The notes under the pieces were generated by a model that searched no databases, was not told the DNA's origin, and saw nothing but the letters and a program-made list of their open reading frames with translations. Below are positions 23,016-37,108 of a stretch of 64,000 nucleotides of DNA, piece by piece; within the stretch, counting starts at the first letter, position 1, and the number at the start of each line of letters is the position of its first letter. The translations under genes were made by a program, and so were the position numbers. Source of the stretch: Pecten maximus (Eukaryota); assembly GCF_902652985.1 (NCBI RefSeq), contig NC_047015.1:44392001-44456000 (forward strand), read 5' to 3'.

Positions 23016-25817
23016 ACACACTCTGACCTAAATAGCGATACATACCACGTCGTCAAGGACACACACTGACCTAAATAGCGATACAATTCACATCGTCAAG
23101 GACACACACTGACCTGAATAGTGATACATACCACATCGTCAAGGACACACACTGACCTGAATAGTGATACATACCACATCGTCAAGGACACACACTGACC
23201 TGAATAGTGATACATACGGCACCGTCAAGGACACACACTGACCTAAATAGTGATACATACGACACCGTCAAGGACACACTCTGACCTAAATAGCGATACA
23301 TTTCACATCGTCAAGGACACACACTGACCTAAATAGCGATACATTCCACATCGTCAAGGACACACACTGACCTAAATAGCGATACATTCCACATCGTCAA
23401 GGACACACACTGACCTAAATAGCGATACATTCCACATCGTCAAGGACACACACTGACCTAAATAGCGATACATACCACATCGTCAAGTACACACACTGAC
23501 CTAAATAGCGATACATACCACATCGTCAAGTACACACACTGACCTAAATAGCGATACATACCACATCGTCAAGGACACACACTGACCTGAATAGTGATAC
23601 ATACCACATCGTCAAGGATACACTGACCTAAATAGTGATACATACCACACCGTCAAGGACACACTGACCTAAATAGCGATACATTCCACATCGTCAAGGA
23701 CACACACTGACCTAAATAGCGATACATACCACGTCGTCAAGTACATACTCTGACCTAAATAGTGATACATACCACATCGTCAAGTACATACTCTGACCTA
23801 AATAGCGATACATTTCACATCGTCAAGGACACACACTGACCTAAATAGTGATACATACCACATCGTCAAGTACATACTCTGACCTAAATAGCGATACATT
23901 CCACATCTTCAAGAACACACACTGACCTAAATAGCGATATATTCCACATCGTCAAGGACACACACTGACCTAAATAGCGATACATTCCACATCGTCAAGG
24001 ACACACACTGACCTAAATAGCGATACATTCCACATCGTCAAGGACACACTGACCTAAATGCCTATACATACCACATCGTCAAGGACACACTGAACTAAAT
24101 AGTGATGCATACCACATCGTCAAGGACACACTGAACTAAATAGTGATGCATACCACATCGTCAAGGCCACACTGACCTAAATAGTGATACATACCACATT
24201 GTCAAGGACACACTGACCTAAATAGTGATACATACCACACTGTCAAGGACACACACTGACCTAAATAGCGATACATACCAAATTATTAATATACACTCTG
24301 ACCTAAATAGCGATACATACCACATCGTCAAGGACACACACTGACCTAAATAGCGATAATACCACATCGTCAAGGACACACACTGACCTAAATAGCGATA
24401 ATACCACATCGTCAAGGACACACTGACCTAAAAGCGATACATACCACACCGTCAAGGATACACTGACCTAAATAGCGATAATACCACATCGTCAAGGACA
24501 CACACTGACCTAAATAGCGATACATTCCACATCGTCAAGGACACACTGACCTAAAAGCGATACATACCACATCGTCAAGGACACACTGACCTAAATAGCG
24601 ATACATACCACATCGTCAAGGACACACACTGACCTAAATAGCGATACATACCACACCGTCAAGGACACACTGACCTAAATAGCGATACATACCACACCGT
24701 CAAGGACACACTGACCTAAATAGCGATACATACCACACCGTCAAGGACACACTGACCTAAATAGCGATACATACCACACCGTCAAGGACACACTGACCTA
24801 AATAGCGATACATACCACACCGTCAAGGACACACTGACCTAAATAGCGATACATACCACACCGCCAAGGACACACTGACCTAAATAGCGATACATACCAC
24901 ACCGTCAAGGACACACACTGACCTAAATAGCGATAATACCACGTCGTCAAGGACACACTGACCTAAATAGCGATACATACCACACCGTCAAGGACACACT
25001 GACCTAAATAGCGATACATACCACACCGCCAAGGACACACACTGACCTAAATAGCGATACATACCACATCGTCAAGGACACACACTGACCTAAATAGCGA
25101 TACATTTCACATCGTCAAGGACACACACTGACCTAAATAGTGATACATACCACATCGTCAAGTACATACTCTGACCTAAATAGCGATACATTCCACATCT
25201 TCAAGAACACACACTGACCTAAATAGCGATATATTCCACATCGTCAAGGACACACTGACCTAAATAGCGATACATTCCACATCGTCAAGGACACACACTG
25301 ACCTAAATAGCGATACATACCACATCGTCAAGGACACACTGACCTAAATGCCTATACATACCACATCGTCAAGGACACACTGAACTAAATAGTGATGCAT
25401 ACCACATCGTCAAGGACACACTGAACTAAATAGTGATGCATACCACATCGTCAAGGCCACACTGACCTAAATAGTGATACATACCACATTGTCAAGGACA
25501 CACACTGACCTAAATAGTGATACATACCACACTGTCAAGGACACACACTGACCTAAATAGCGATAATACCACATCGTCAAGGACACACTGACCTAAATAG
25601 TAATACATACCATATCGTCAAGGACACACTGACCTAAATAGCGATACATACCAAATTATTAATATACACTCTGACCTAAATAGCGATACATACCACATCG
25701 TCAAGGACACACTGACCTAAATAGCGATAATACCACGTCGTCAAGGACACACTGACCTAAAAGCGATACATACCACACCGTCAAGGACACACACTGACCT
25801 AAATAGCGATACATACT
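23016..25817. repeat. 41/43-bp minisatellite, ~66 copies
   Basis: Unit ACACACACTGACCTAAATAGCGATACATACCACATCGTCAAGG; length varies by one CA. Confidence 0.95.
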
Positions 25818-28008
25818 ACATTGTTAATACCCTAGGGCAAAACACTGAGCTTTTTATCAATACAAAGGACAACAACAAGAAATGAGAGGTAGGTTTAATT
25901 AATGCCCGGTCATCATACCTGTACGTGTGTAGTATCTCAACATCCAACAAAAGGTGATTATATATGAAGTATGATTTGTATTGAAATAAGAAAATATGAT
26001 ACATTTTCCTGTCATAATTTAGCTAGATTTCAAAAAGAATTTTGCGTATCTTCGAATGATTAAGCTCTAAAATTGACTATCAATTTTAATCTGAAATCAT
26101 ATTTCGTTTCCTAATCTCCTTAAAGGACGACTATTTTGAAATGTCACGTTATGCACGCTCACAAATTGTGTTATCGACATACTAATTGCAAAATCTGTCA
26201 TCCAAACGGCACATTGAGTATGCAGGACAAATATAGAAACTGACAATTATTTATAAGACTCCTTGAGGCGTTGTTCGTGTCACATAAGGATTGAGCATTT
26301 GGGGTTGCTTACATATCCTTGCAAGATAAAAACAAAAGATAAGAATAACTGGCTTTCAAATGTTGTTAAGGGTTGTTCCATGAACAACCAGTTGACTGTA
26401 AAAATGTCATTAATTGGGGAAATATATTGCCAATATACATCCAATAATGGTCCCTAACACCACTTGAAATGTGTGTAGATTTATTTTCAAATAAAGGTTC
26501 TATTATTTTACGTGAACATTGGGGAACCATTGCTGCATTATTGAGAGCGCGTGATGGACATTAACTGACCACCATATACAATGACCTATCGAACAGACTG
26601 CAAGCCTGGTCATCAGGTCACATGTCCCCGCCGAACAAGAATGCTATAATTTCACTGGTGTTTGCAACACGAGTACACCACAATCACCACAGACGAATTT
26701 ATTTGCATCTCAGCATTTACGTTTTAGATGTTGATGATTATTAATTAATCATCAAATATTAACGCTTCACTTACTGGGAGAAATGACATTGCTTTGTGAG
26801 CTTGGGTGTGAAATTCCAGAATGTTGCATACATCACCATTAGAATCGGCAAATCAGCACGCGGCCCGGCTGTTTGACAAGCAGCAGGCACTGGTTCCAAG
26901 CCTGGGCGACCAGTATCACCGAGCGCTGAGCAGTCTGGAGTACGCCGTCGGCGTTCCTGCTTATACCAAGTTATAACAACACAAGGATTAATAGCTAAAT
27001 AAGGTCGATAGGTTTTCTCGTGTTTTTCAAAAATATCAATACTTCGTCTAATTGGCATAAGCAAGAGATAACCGTTGACAATATCCGACAACCCTACACA
27101 CATTTTCTACATAGATGTCACAACTGTTGGAGGCTGCTGTTGACGATACACAGTGACTGTGTTACCACACGTTTTATTTATGTGTAGCATTTGATCTCCG
27201 CCGTGTGAACAATCGATGTGGATGAGGATTTATCTGTGACAGGGTTGACCAGACAATAGTTACTGACTGACCACTGCTTTCCTAGAATACGATTGGACAT
27301 GTTTAGCCTGGATAAGAACTAAGCACAGTGTCGCGTTAAGACTCCTAGCCAGTGCCTTTAGCGCCATGCAGACCTAAGGTAAGGCTCGTATCCAATGTTT
27401 GTCCTGCAAATTCACTTGTATCTTTGTTTGTTAAAGCTAGTATGTTCGTCACAACATGTTATGCGACCATGTCTATTACTACGGTTCGAAGTATCCACAG
27501 CCCCCCATACCGCCACTATGTTAATCGATTTCACGGATTAAATACAACCGAAAGTCAATCATAGAGTAAGATGATATTGAGGTTCCCCGGTTTGTCCCCC
27601 ATTATTGATATATATATATTTATACATTGCTGTTTTTTGTTCAAAAATATGTCTCATCATAAGAATAGCCCGTATACCATCACACATAGGGCAACGAAAG
27701 GGGGAACAATTGCTGCTATTGAATTTCTGTTGTTGGCCTCCACATAAATTGTCTACAGATTTGACTCGATGATATGTTGATGTGTTCCAACTATTGGGAT
27801 AATTACAGTTGTATGTAGAAATGCTTCTTATTTGGTGAGTCATCAATACTTTCTAAAGAAATTTTAATAAAAAAAAATATATCCTGATTAGTTGGGGAAC
27901 CGAGATGCATATGGAAAAATACCTATCAAGCTATTTCGAATCAAACAAACTTTTATTATATACAACTATCCCAGAGGTCAAGGATATCAAAGCTTATATA
28001 TGAATTGA

Positions 28009-30452
28009 ACAATACTGTTGACGGGATGTTACCATCACTACATTGTATACAATAGTACTGGTGACGGGATGTTACCATCACTACATTGTATACAATAGTA
28101 TTAGTGACGGGATGTTACCATCACTACATTGTAAACAATAGTATCGGTGACGGGATGTTACCATCACTACATTGTATACAATAGTACTGGTGACGGGATG
28201 TTACCATCACTACATTGTATACAATAGTATTAGTGACGGGATGTTACCATCACTACATTGTATACTACAATGTTTACCATCACTACATTGTATACTACAA
28301 TGTTTACCATCACTACATTGTATACAATAGTATTAGTGACGGGATGTTACCATCACTACATTGTATACTACAATGTTTACCATCACTACATTGTATACAA
28401 TAGTATCAGTGACGGGATGTTACCATCACTACATTGTATACAATAGTGTTGGTGACGGGATGTTACCATCACTACATTGTATACAATAGTATTGGTGACG
28501 GGATGTTACCATCACTACATTGTATACAATAGTGTTGGTGACGGGATGTTACCATCACTACATTGTATACAATAGTATCAGTGACGAGATGTTACCATCA
28601 CTACATTGTATACAATAGTATTAGTGACGGGATGTTACCATCACTACATTGTATACAATAGTATTAGTGACGAGATGTTACCATCACTACATTGTATACA
28701 ATAGTATTAGTGACGGGATGTTACCATCACTACATTGTATACAATAGTATTGGTGACGGGATGTTACCATCACTACATTGTATACAATAGTATTGGTGAC
28801 GGGATGTTACCATCACTACATTGTATACAATAGTATTAGTGACGGGATGTTACCATCACTACATTGTATACAATAGTATTGGTGACGGGATGTTACCATC
28901 ACTACATTGTATACAATAGTATTGGTGACGGGATGTTACCATCACTACATTGTATACAATAGTATTGGTGACGGGATGTTACCATCACTACATTGTATAC
29001 AATAGTATTGGTGACGGGATGTTACCATCACTACATTGTATACAATAGTATTGGTGACGGGATGTTACCATCACTACATTGTATACAATAGTATTGGTGA
29101 CGGGATGTTACCATCACTACATTGTATACAATAGTATTGGTGACGGGATGTTACCATCACTACATTGTATACAATAGTATTGGTGACGGGATGTTACCAT
29201 CACTACATTGTATACAATAGTGTTGGTGACGGGATGTTACCATCACTACATTGTATACAATAGTATTGGTGACGGGATGTTACCATCACTACATGGTATA
29301 CAATAGTATTGGTGACGGGATGTTACCATCACTACATTGTATACAATAGTATTGGTGACGGGATGTTACCATCACTACATTGTAAACAATAGTATTGGTG
29401 ACGGGATGTTACCATCACTACATGGTATACAATAGTATTGGTGACGGGATGTTACCATCACTACATTGTATACAATAGTATTAGTGACGGGATGTTACCA
29501 TCACTACATTGTATACAATAGTATTGGTGACGGGATGTTACCATCACTACATGGTATACAATAGTATTGGTGACGGGATGTTACCATCACTACATTGTAT
29601 ACAATAGTATTGGTGACGGGATGTTACCATCACTACATTGTATACAATAGTATTAGTGACGGGATGTTACCATCACTACATTGTATACAATAGTATTGGT
29701 GACGGGATGTTACCATCACTACATTGTATACAATAGTATTAGTGACGGAATGTTACCATCACTACATTGTATACAATAGTATTAGTGACGGGATGTTACC
29801 ATCACTACATTGTATACAATAGTGTTGGTGACGAGATGTTACAATCACTACATTGTATACAATAGTGTTGGTGACGGAATGTTACCATCACTACATTGTA
29901 TACAATAGTATTGGTGACGGGATGTTACCATCACTACATTGTATACAATAGTATTGGTGACGGGATGTTACCATCACTACATTGTATACAATAGTATTGG
30001 TGACGGGATGTTACCATCACTACATTGTATACAATAGTATTGGTGACGGGATGTTACCATCACTACATTGTATACAATAGTATTGGTGACGGGATGTTAC
30101 CATCACTACATTGTATACAATAGTATTGGTGACGGGATGTTACCATCACTACATTGTATACAATAGTATTGGTGACGGGATGTTACCATCACTACATTGT
30201 ATACAATAGTATTGGTGAAGGGACGTTACAATCACTACATTGTATACAATAGTATTAGTGACGGGATGTTACCATCACTACATTGTATACAATAGTATTA
30301 GTGACGGGATGTTACCATCACTACATTGTATACAATAGTATTAGTGACGGGATGTTACCATCACTACATTGTATACAATAGTATTGGTGACGAGATGTTA
30401 CAATCACTACATTGTATACAATAGTATTAGTGACGGGATGTTGCCATCACTA
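28009..30452. repeat. 43-bp palindrome-containing minisatellite, ~57 copies
   Basis: Unit GGTGACGGGATGTTACCATCACTACATTGTATACAATAGTATT; highly homogeneous. Confidence 0.95.
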
Positions 30453-30669
30453 TCTTACCTGGCAAAAATGACATTACACTATTTCTTTTCAACATTCCGA
30501 TATGAACTTTTTATTGTTGTTGAACCTTCGTGAAATTAATCGTATGCGTAGACGATCATCGCTACTTTAATTGAATCTAACGTAACGATCATCTAGAAAT
30601 ATATAATGGTGTCCACGAGGGTTGTCGTTACATTGCTTGCCACCTCTAATGCTCTATAGATAGTCGGAT

Positions 30670-30845
30670 GGCCCGTTAGTAACACTGGAAACACACTTGC
30701 CTTTCACCTAGGCGGCCTGGGTTCGATTCCCCGATCGGACGTGAAAAGGCATTGGGTCACATTACCGACCATGTGGCTTTTCTCCGGGTACTTATTTCGC
30801 AATTGTTGTAAGCTAAATAAAGGTTACAAAATAGATAAATAAAAG
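30670..30845 (+). mobile_element. tRNA-derived V-domain SINE, internally deleted
   Basis: B-box GGTTCGATTCC (30720-30730), V-domain motif GTGGCTTTTCTCCGGGTACT and an A-rich tail. Related copies lie at 37027 and 59045. Confidence 0.75.
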
Positions 30846-31344
30846 TTTTATGATTAGTGACATATAATGAGAATCTAAAATGTTTTTCGTGTTCACATTA
30901 ATACAAAAATGATTAAATTGATTCTTTCCATCTTTCCTTCATGTGGACAATTAACAAGATCCATTGATACCATTACCTTCCTGGTGCATATCGTCAGTCC
31001 TGGAAGTTCAATGCTCAGAAGGAAAAACAGCCCCCGACCCTGTAGGGAGCGACCAACAATTAGTCGCCTCTTACGAAATGTAGTGACAAACAGCAGGCGC
31101 AATCTTTCCCCACAGGGACTTGAGGATTTGTTACAGTCTACATGTATTTGGGGCGTCCCTAGTGTAAGGCCCTGTGTCTTTCCCCACTCCTGGACGGGCC
31201 ATAGTCTTATACTTCTTAATCGACACCCGCCATACAAATCTATGTCAAATTCAGGTTAACTGAGACTTAGGGTGGTGACAACGGAACCACTGGCATATCA
31301 ACAAGAGTCGAGCACGTCTGACTTCATATCGCATGCGGAAGTAG

Positions 31345-32170
31345 AATATTTCCAAATAGGATTATGGTGTCGACCATTAAACTTCCCTTGGTCTTCATAA
31401 ACCTGTTTCTCTCGAAACCTTGTATTGTTAATTTTTCCGTTAGTAGTCGCTATCTGTCACGGAAATCGTGAAAATGGTAATACGCCTTTGAGTATCGAAT
31501 CAACTGAGACATGTCAATACCGTAGGTACAGGATGCAGGGATGCTGCTATCAAGAAATGGAAAAATTAGCACTGGGTTAATTGTAATCATAATGCTCATC
31601 GTGCAGCTTAAATGTAAGCTGTGCCTGTTGGCTACCTTGTAAGTAAAGATCGAGTTAAGCGGCTGGTGTAGTGTTCTTGATTTCGAGCTCTACACGGTAT
31701 ATCTGATTGGCATGGTCAATGCAGCTTTTTGTTATTCAATGATAGCATACTTCAATATACCTATAAGTGAAGGATTTTGCGAGGTCTCTGTTACCTCCGA
31801 TGAAAAGCTAATCAATACAACCGGTCTCTTATACAACAAAAACAATGAAGCCAACAGGGCCACAGTTTATTTCCATGCGTGTTTCAAAAACTCAATAAAG
31901 ATGTTGTCGATCAGAAATTCAATCATTTCACAATTTCATCTTCGCTGCACTAAATATGCTCCCGTATCGTTCCCAACTATGTACCTATAACATCGTTCGC
32001 CTTTCTTGGAAAGGAAATCTTTCATTAACAGAAATCGCAGGCGTTCTGTACGTTTGGAATCAGGATGATGGTGTAAATAGTTGAAAAATCAAACCTTTTG
32101 ATGGAAATAAGTTCCTTAGGGGCGGATGATTTATAAAGATCATTGGAGTTATTCAAAATCCACTTTCGCC
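31345..32170 (-). mobile_element. Decayed Penelope-like element reverse transcriptase (Naiad-type)
   Basis: With frameshifts it reads KWILNNSNDL...SIKRFDFSTIYTI...ERL...FLSKKGERCYRYIV...EMIEFLIDNIFIEF...YRYI...IYRVELEIKNTT...FPFLDSSIPASCTYGIDMSQLIRYSKA...DFRDR*RLLTEKLTIQGF...GRHH. These are PLE RT and thumb motifs. Confidence 0.8.
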
Positions 32171-32848
32171 AAATGTACTAGTAACAACTAAACTGTTATA
32201 AATTTCGTATAAGAATTGTAACCCTCTAGACTAGCCAATTTGGATTTCGTTGTGGTTTTGAACGTCACAGACCTATTTGTCCTGTCTCACTGTACTTGAC
32301 TGTTGTATAGCCGTGTTTGGTTCTGTGGTCTCTCGTCTCGACTTTTACGCCCAGACAGCCGGTTAAATTTGCCTACTGGTCAACACCGCCATGAATATCT
32401 TACCAGCTTTTTTCTATGGTTGTTTTTTACATGCTATGTCTAGATCTCTACGTCGATAGAGCATGTAACAGTTCTATTTAGCAGTAAGTCTTGGATCAGA
32501 AGGCTTAAAGATCGTTTTAGAAGTAGGAGCACGCTTTATTGTTATAAATATCTTTCGATGAAAATTTCTTGGATTTCTCTGTAATGCTTATGTAACGGTT
32601 TCAATCGATCGGGAGCTCCATAAGAAACCAGATAATCAGTGGATGATTGTTGGAATGTAACATGTTTTGTTGTCGTTGTAAACGAAATAAAATATCACTT
32701 TATCATTGTTATAGTTCAGCATCAGTTCGGCATCAGTTATGCATTGTTTAGGTAATATATGTAATCATTGGAAAATAATGAAGTTGGTGACGTTAACTCG
32801 ATTATATTCAAATGTTTGTCGCCACATGTCATTAGGTGAGGCTTTGTC

Positions 32849-34322
32849 TGTACGGTAGTTAGACACGGACTGTACATTAGTTAGTCACGGACTGTACAGT
32901 AGTTAGACACGGACTGTGTAGTAGTTAGACGCGGACTGTACAGTAGTTAGACGCGGACTGTACAGTAGTTAGACGCGGACTGTACAGTAGTTAGACACGG
33001 ATTGTACAGTAGTTAGGCACGGACTGTACAGTAGTTAGGCACGGATTGTACAGTAGTTAGACACGGACTGTACAGTAGTTAGTCACTGATTGTACAGTAG
33101 TTAGACACGGACTGTACAGTAGTTAGACACGGACTGTACAGTAGTTAGACACGGACTGTACCGTAGTTAGACACGGACTGTACGGTAGTTAGACACGGAC
33201 TGTACGGTAGTTAGACACTGATGGTACAGTAGTTAGACACGGACTGTACCGTAGTTAGACACGGACTGTACAGTAGTTAGACACGGACTGTACGGTAGTT
33301 AGACACTGATGGTACAGTAGTTAGACACGGACTGTACAGTAGTTAGACACGGACTGTACAGTAGTTAGACACGGACTGTACAGTAGTTAGGCACGGACTG
33401 TACATTAGTTAGACACGGACTGTACAGTAGTTAGACACTGATTGTACAGTAGTTAGACACTGATTGTACAGTAGTTTAGACACTGATTGTACAGTAGTTA
33501 GACACGGACTGTACAGTAGTTAGACACAGACTGTACAGTAGTTAGACACGGACTGTACAGTAGTTAGACACGGACTGTACATTAGTTAGACACGGACTGT
33601 ACAGTAGTTAGACACGGACTGTACAGTAGTTAGGCTCGGACTGTATATTAGTTAGACACGGACTGTACAGTAGTTAGACACGGACTGTACAGTAGTTAGA
33701 CACGGACTGTACAGTAGTTAGACACTGATTGTACAGTAGTTAGACACGGACTGTACAGTAGTTAGACACGGACTGTGCAGTAGTTAGACACGGACTGTGC
33801 AGTAGTTAGACACGGACTGTACAGTAGTTAGGCACGGACTGTACATTAGTTAGACACGGACTGTACAGTAGTTAGACACTCACTATACAGTAGTTAGACA
33901 CGGACTGTACAGTAGTTAGACACGGACTGTACCGTAGTTAGACACGGACTGTACAGTAGTTAGACACGGACTGTACAGTAGTTAGACACGGACTGTACAG
34001 TAGTTAGGTACGGACTGTACAGTAGTTAGACACTCACTATACAGTAGTTAGACACGGACTGTGCAGTAGTTAGACACGGACTGTGCAGTAGTTAGACACG
34101 GACTGTACAGTAGTTAGACACGGACTGTACAGTAGTTAGACACGGACTGTGCAGTAGTTAGACACGGACTGTGCAGTAGTTAGACACGGACTGTACAGTA
34201 GTTAGACACGGACTGTACAGTAGTTAGACACGGACTGTACAGTAGTTAGACACGGACTGTACAGTAGTTAGACACGGATTGTACAGTAGTTAGACACTCA
34301 CTATACAGTAGTTAGACACTGA
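32849..34322. repeat. 22-bp minisatellite, ~67 copies
   Basis: Unit GTACAGTAGTTAGACACGGACT; contains the palindrome ACTGTACAGT. Confidence 0.95.
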
Positions 34323-34639
34323 TATAGAATCTTATAAACTCAAATATACGTGATACCTTACGTATACTTTGTGTTATCCATTATACACAGCTACATCACG
34401 AAACAGGGATCACTATACGTCTCCCTGGTTAGATCTTCTTGACTGTGAACCTTAAACTTTCTTCATAATGTCAAAATAACTCTTCCTAGTAAGTCCTGGT
34501 TCGCTGACATCTTATTGGATTTCTGTAAGAGCAGCATTCAGTCTTATTCCATATAAGTGTGGTATGATTGCGGCCTGTCCTATATTGGACGAGTCCTCTG
34601 CATTGATGAGATTCTGATCCTTATAGAACGGCCTTTTAA

Positions 34640-35300
34640 CTTTGACCCCGGACTATTTGCCAATCAATCACGTGTAGCTGAAAGATAAATTGATCGTTGC
34701 ATGGAAGGAACAATATGAGAACTGTCTGTTACTGCAATGGTAATTGTTTGTTCTTCTCCATGTGTAATATTGTGCATACTTTGATGTGAACTTGGGAGAT
34801 TTCCTCCCATTTTCTGGGATTCTTTACATCAAATGACAATCTCGATATTCCATGGGTTATGAGTGTATACTACATTTTCTAGTATTAATATTTTCGTGAA
34901 TTTTTCATTAGAATCAATCGAAGAGGAAATGCGTGTGACCCGAGATAGATAGCTCTGTTACATATTTCCCGTTTATTTTTAGGGATTAAACGCCCTTGTT
35001 ACAGCCAAGTTGATATGCGGATGGGGCTACTCCGGACGTAACTTGTGTTCGCTTAATGTGATTTCCGTCAATGATATTCACTGCGGATTTATACAAATCG
35101 ATTAGAAATGAATCAAGATTAGGCCATGGTCAGTAGCCCTACTAATCCTGATGCTAGAATTATTTTACTTTCGTGCCATTTTGTCGTTGAAGTAAACAGA
35201 TCCGATGGTCTTCGGGCTGCTATAACGTATCCGACTAAGCTGGTCTCCTGCCTGAAACACTTCACAATTGCTCAGAAATATCCACGTTTAAGGTCATTAG
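34640..35300 (-). mobile_element. Possible very old LINE RT remnant
   Basis: Only scattered motifs, e.g. NIIDGNHIKRTQVTSGVAP (cf. VVIDG...VTSGVPQG) and FNP*K. Confidence 0.3.
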
Positions 35301-35515
35301 GAAGTATTGATAATAATATTTGGCAATTCAAACGACGTTAGTCTCAGAAAGATTTCTCTGTGTCTGGAGGTAAATTAGCACGTGTTTTTGAAATGACAGT
35401 CGTTTTAGATATGGGTACTGAATAACAAACGAGTCACAGTCCATTTACTTAAATCTGATTCTCTTTTACGTTGAACAAAGAGATACTAATAGTCGTAATA
35501 TGCAAGAAATGGACA

Positions 35516-36142
35516 GGAATTACCAATTACAATATAAGTTGTAATAGCATTACCAAATGTTATATAAGATATGTGGGAATTACACTATACAATATAAGGT
35601 ATAGGGGAATTACCAAATAAATCATAAGGTATATGAGAATTACCAAATACAATATAAGGTGTAATAGCATTACCAAATGTTATATAAGATATGTGGGAAT
35701 TACACTATACAATATAAGGTATATGGGAATTACAATATACAATATAAGGTATGTGGGAATTACAATATACAGTATAAGGTATATGGGAATTACCAAATAC
35801 AATTTAGGTATATTGGAATTACCAAATACAATATAAGGTATATTGGAATTACCAAATACAATGTAAGTTTATGGGAATTATCAAATACAATATAAGGTAT
35901 ATTGGAATTACCAAATACAATTTAGGTATATTGGAATTACCAAATACAATATAAGTATATGGGAATTACAATATACAATACATGTATAAGGTATATGAGA
36001 ATTACCATATACAGTATAAGATACATGGGATTTACCATATACAATATAAGATACATGGGATTTACCATATACAGTATAAGATTCATGGGATTTACCATTA
36101 ACAGTATAAGATACATGGGATTTACCATATACAGTATAAGAT
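35516..36142. repeat. 30-bp minisatellite, ~21 diverged copies
   Basis: Unit ~GGGAATTACCAAATACAATATAAGGTATAT; the first 120 bp are duplicated (35521 vs 35641). Confidence 0.9.
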
Positions 36143-37026
36143 AAAGGTTATCCACAGACACAAAATACAGGAAACAGAAGTTCCAAGCAAAAAGAAGATA
36201 CAGGAAACATACGTTCCCAACAGACACCAGATACAGGAAAACAGAAGAAGAGAAAAAACCACAGCCAGGAGATCCGAAGAGATAAATAGAATATTTCGCC
36301 TCCCGAGAGCATCGTTTATTGAATTTTCTTGTAGTTTTTAACAGATAAATCTCAATTTCATGGCTGACATGGGACTTTTTCTGCGCTCAAAATGTTTTGA
36401 CTGTTATGGTAACGTATCATTGATGGAGTGTGATTTTTAAATCAGTTGTGGACAGTTGCCAGAGCCATTACTGGCGTCGAAGGACAATTTGAACAGCAGT
36501 CCACTCTAGACAATGTTTAGTGGTAATCCTTTGATGTAACGTAGACAGAATCTAATCATTTTACCACTACGGCGTAACTTTAGAGTCGGACTCAGCAATG
36601 CAACTATTTATTTTCTTTCTAATCAATGTCGAATATCTTATGGATATTATAACAAAAATGGGCAGTTGAAGGATAAGTTATTTTACACTTTAATTGCCAC
36701 CAATTAATGTCGGTGGTATGAAGATTACAGTGCTTGAACATCTTGATATCATTAACTTATAGTGTTGGGGTATGATACGTGTAACGAAAGTACAAGAGGC
36801 GACTAATGTGGAGGAGCCTCTCGACGAACTGGGGATAAGTTTACGTGGCTTCTGCTTGGAGACACACAGGCGATCAAAAACTTGTTGCATCCATTTTACC
36901 CGCGTCCGTATAGATGGTTATTTTCATATTTTGAATAACAGTATCAGTGTTTTTTAACCTCAGGTTGTAAAACTATCCTGGAGCCGAGACTATATAAAAC
37001 GTTGGTTTGATGCCAATTTTTTGCCC

Positions 37027-37108
37027 GGATGAAACCCTGAGTACAAAGGTAGCCTAGGACTTTTTCACGTCCGATCGGGAAATCGAACTCCGATCGGCTG
37101 TGTAAAAA
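37027..37108 (-). mobile_element. SINE fragment, same family as 30670
   Basis: Reverse complement contains GAGTTCGATTTCCCGATCGGACGTGAAAAAG, nearly identical to 30719-30748. Confidence 0.65.

Noticed and set aside
26580-26625. Hammerhead ribozyme on the minus strand (CTGATGA plus stem)
   Set aside because: Stem II is followed by GATA rather than the required GAAA, and no stem III or cleavage triplet is evident. The CTGATGA at ~44716 fails likewise.
13277-34322. CRISPR-like appearance of the 22-43 bp arrays (also the 25-bp motif with linkers at 47868-48025)
   Set aside because: Units are head-to-tail with no unique spacers of constant length. The 47.9-kb linkers are related AT-rich sequence of variable size. 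There are no cas genes and the context is eukaryotic.
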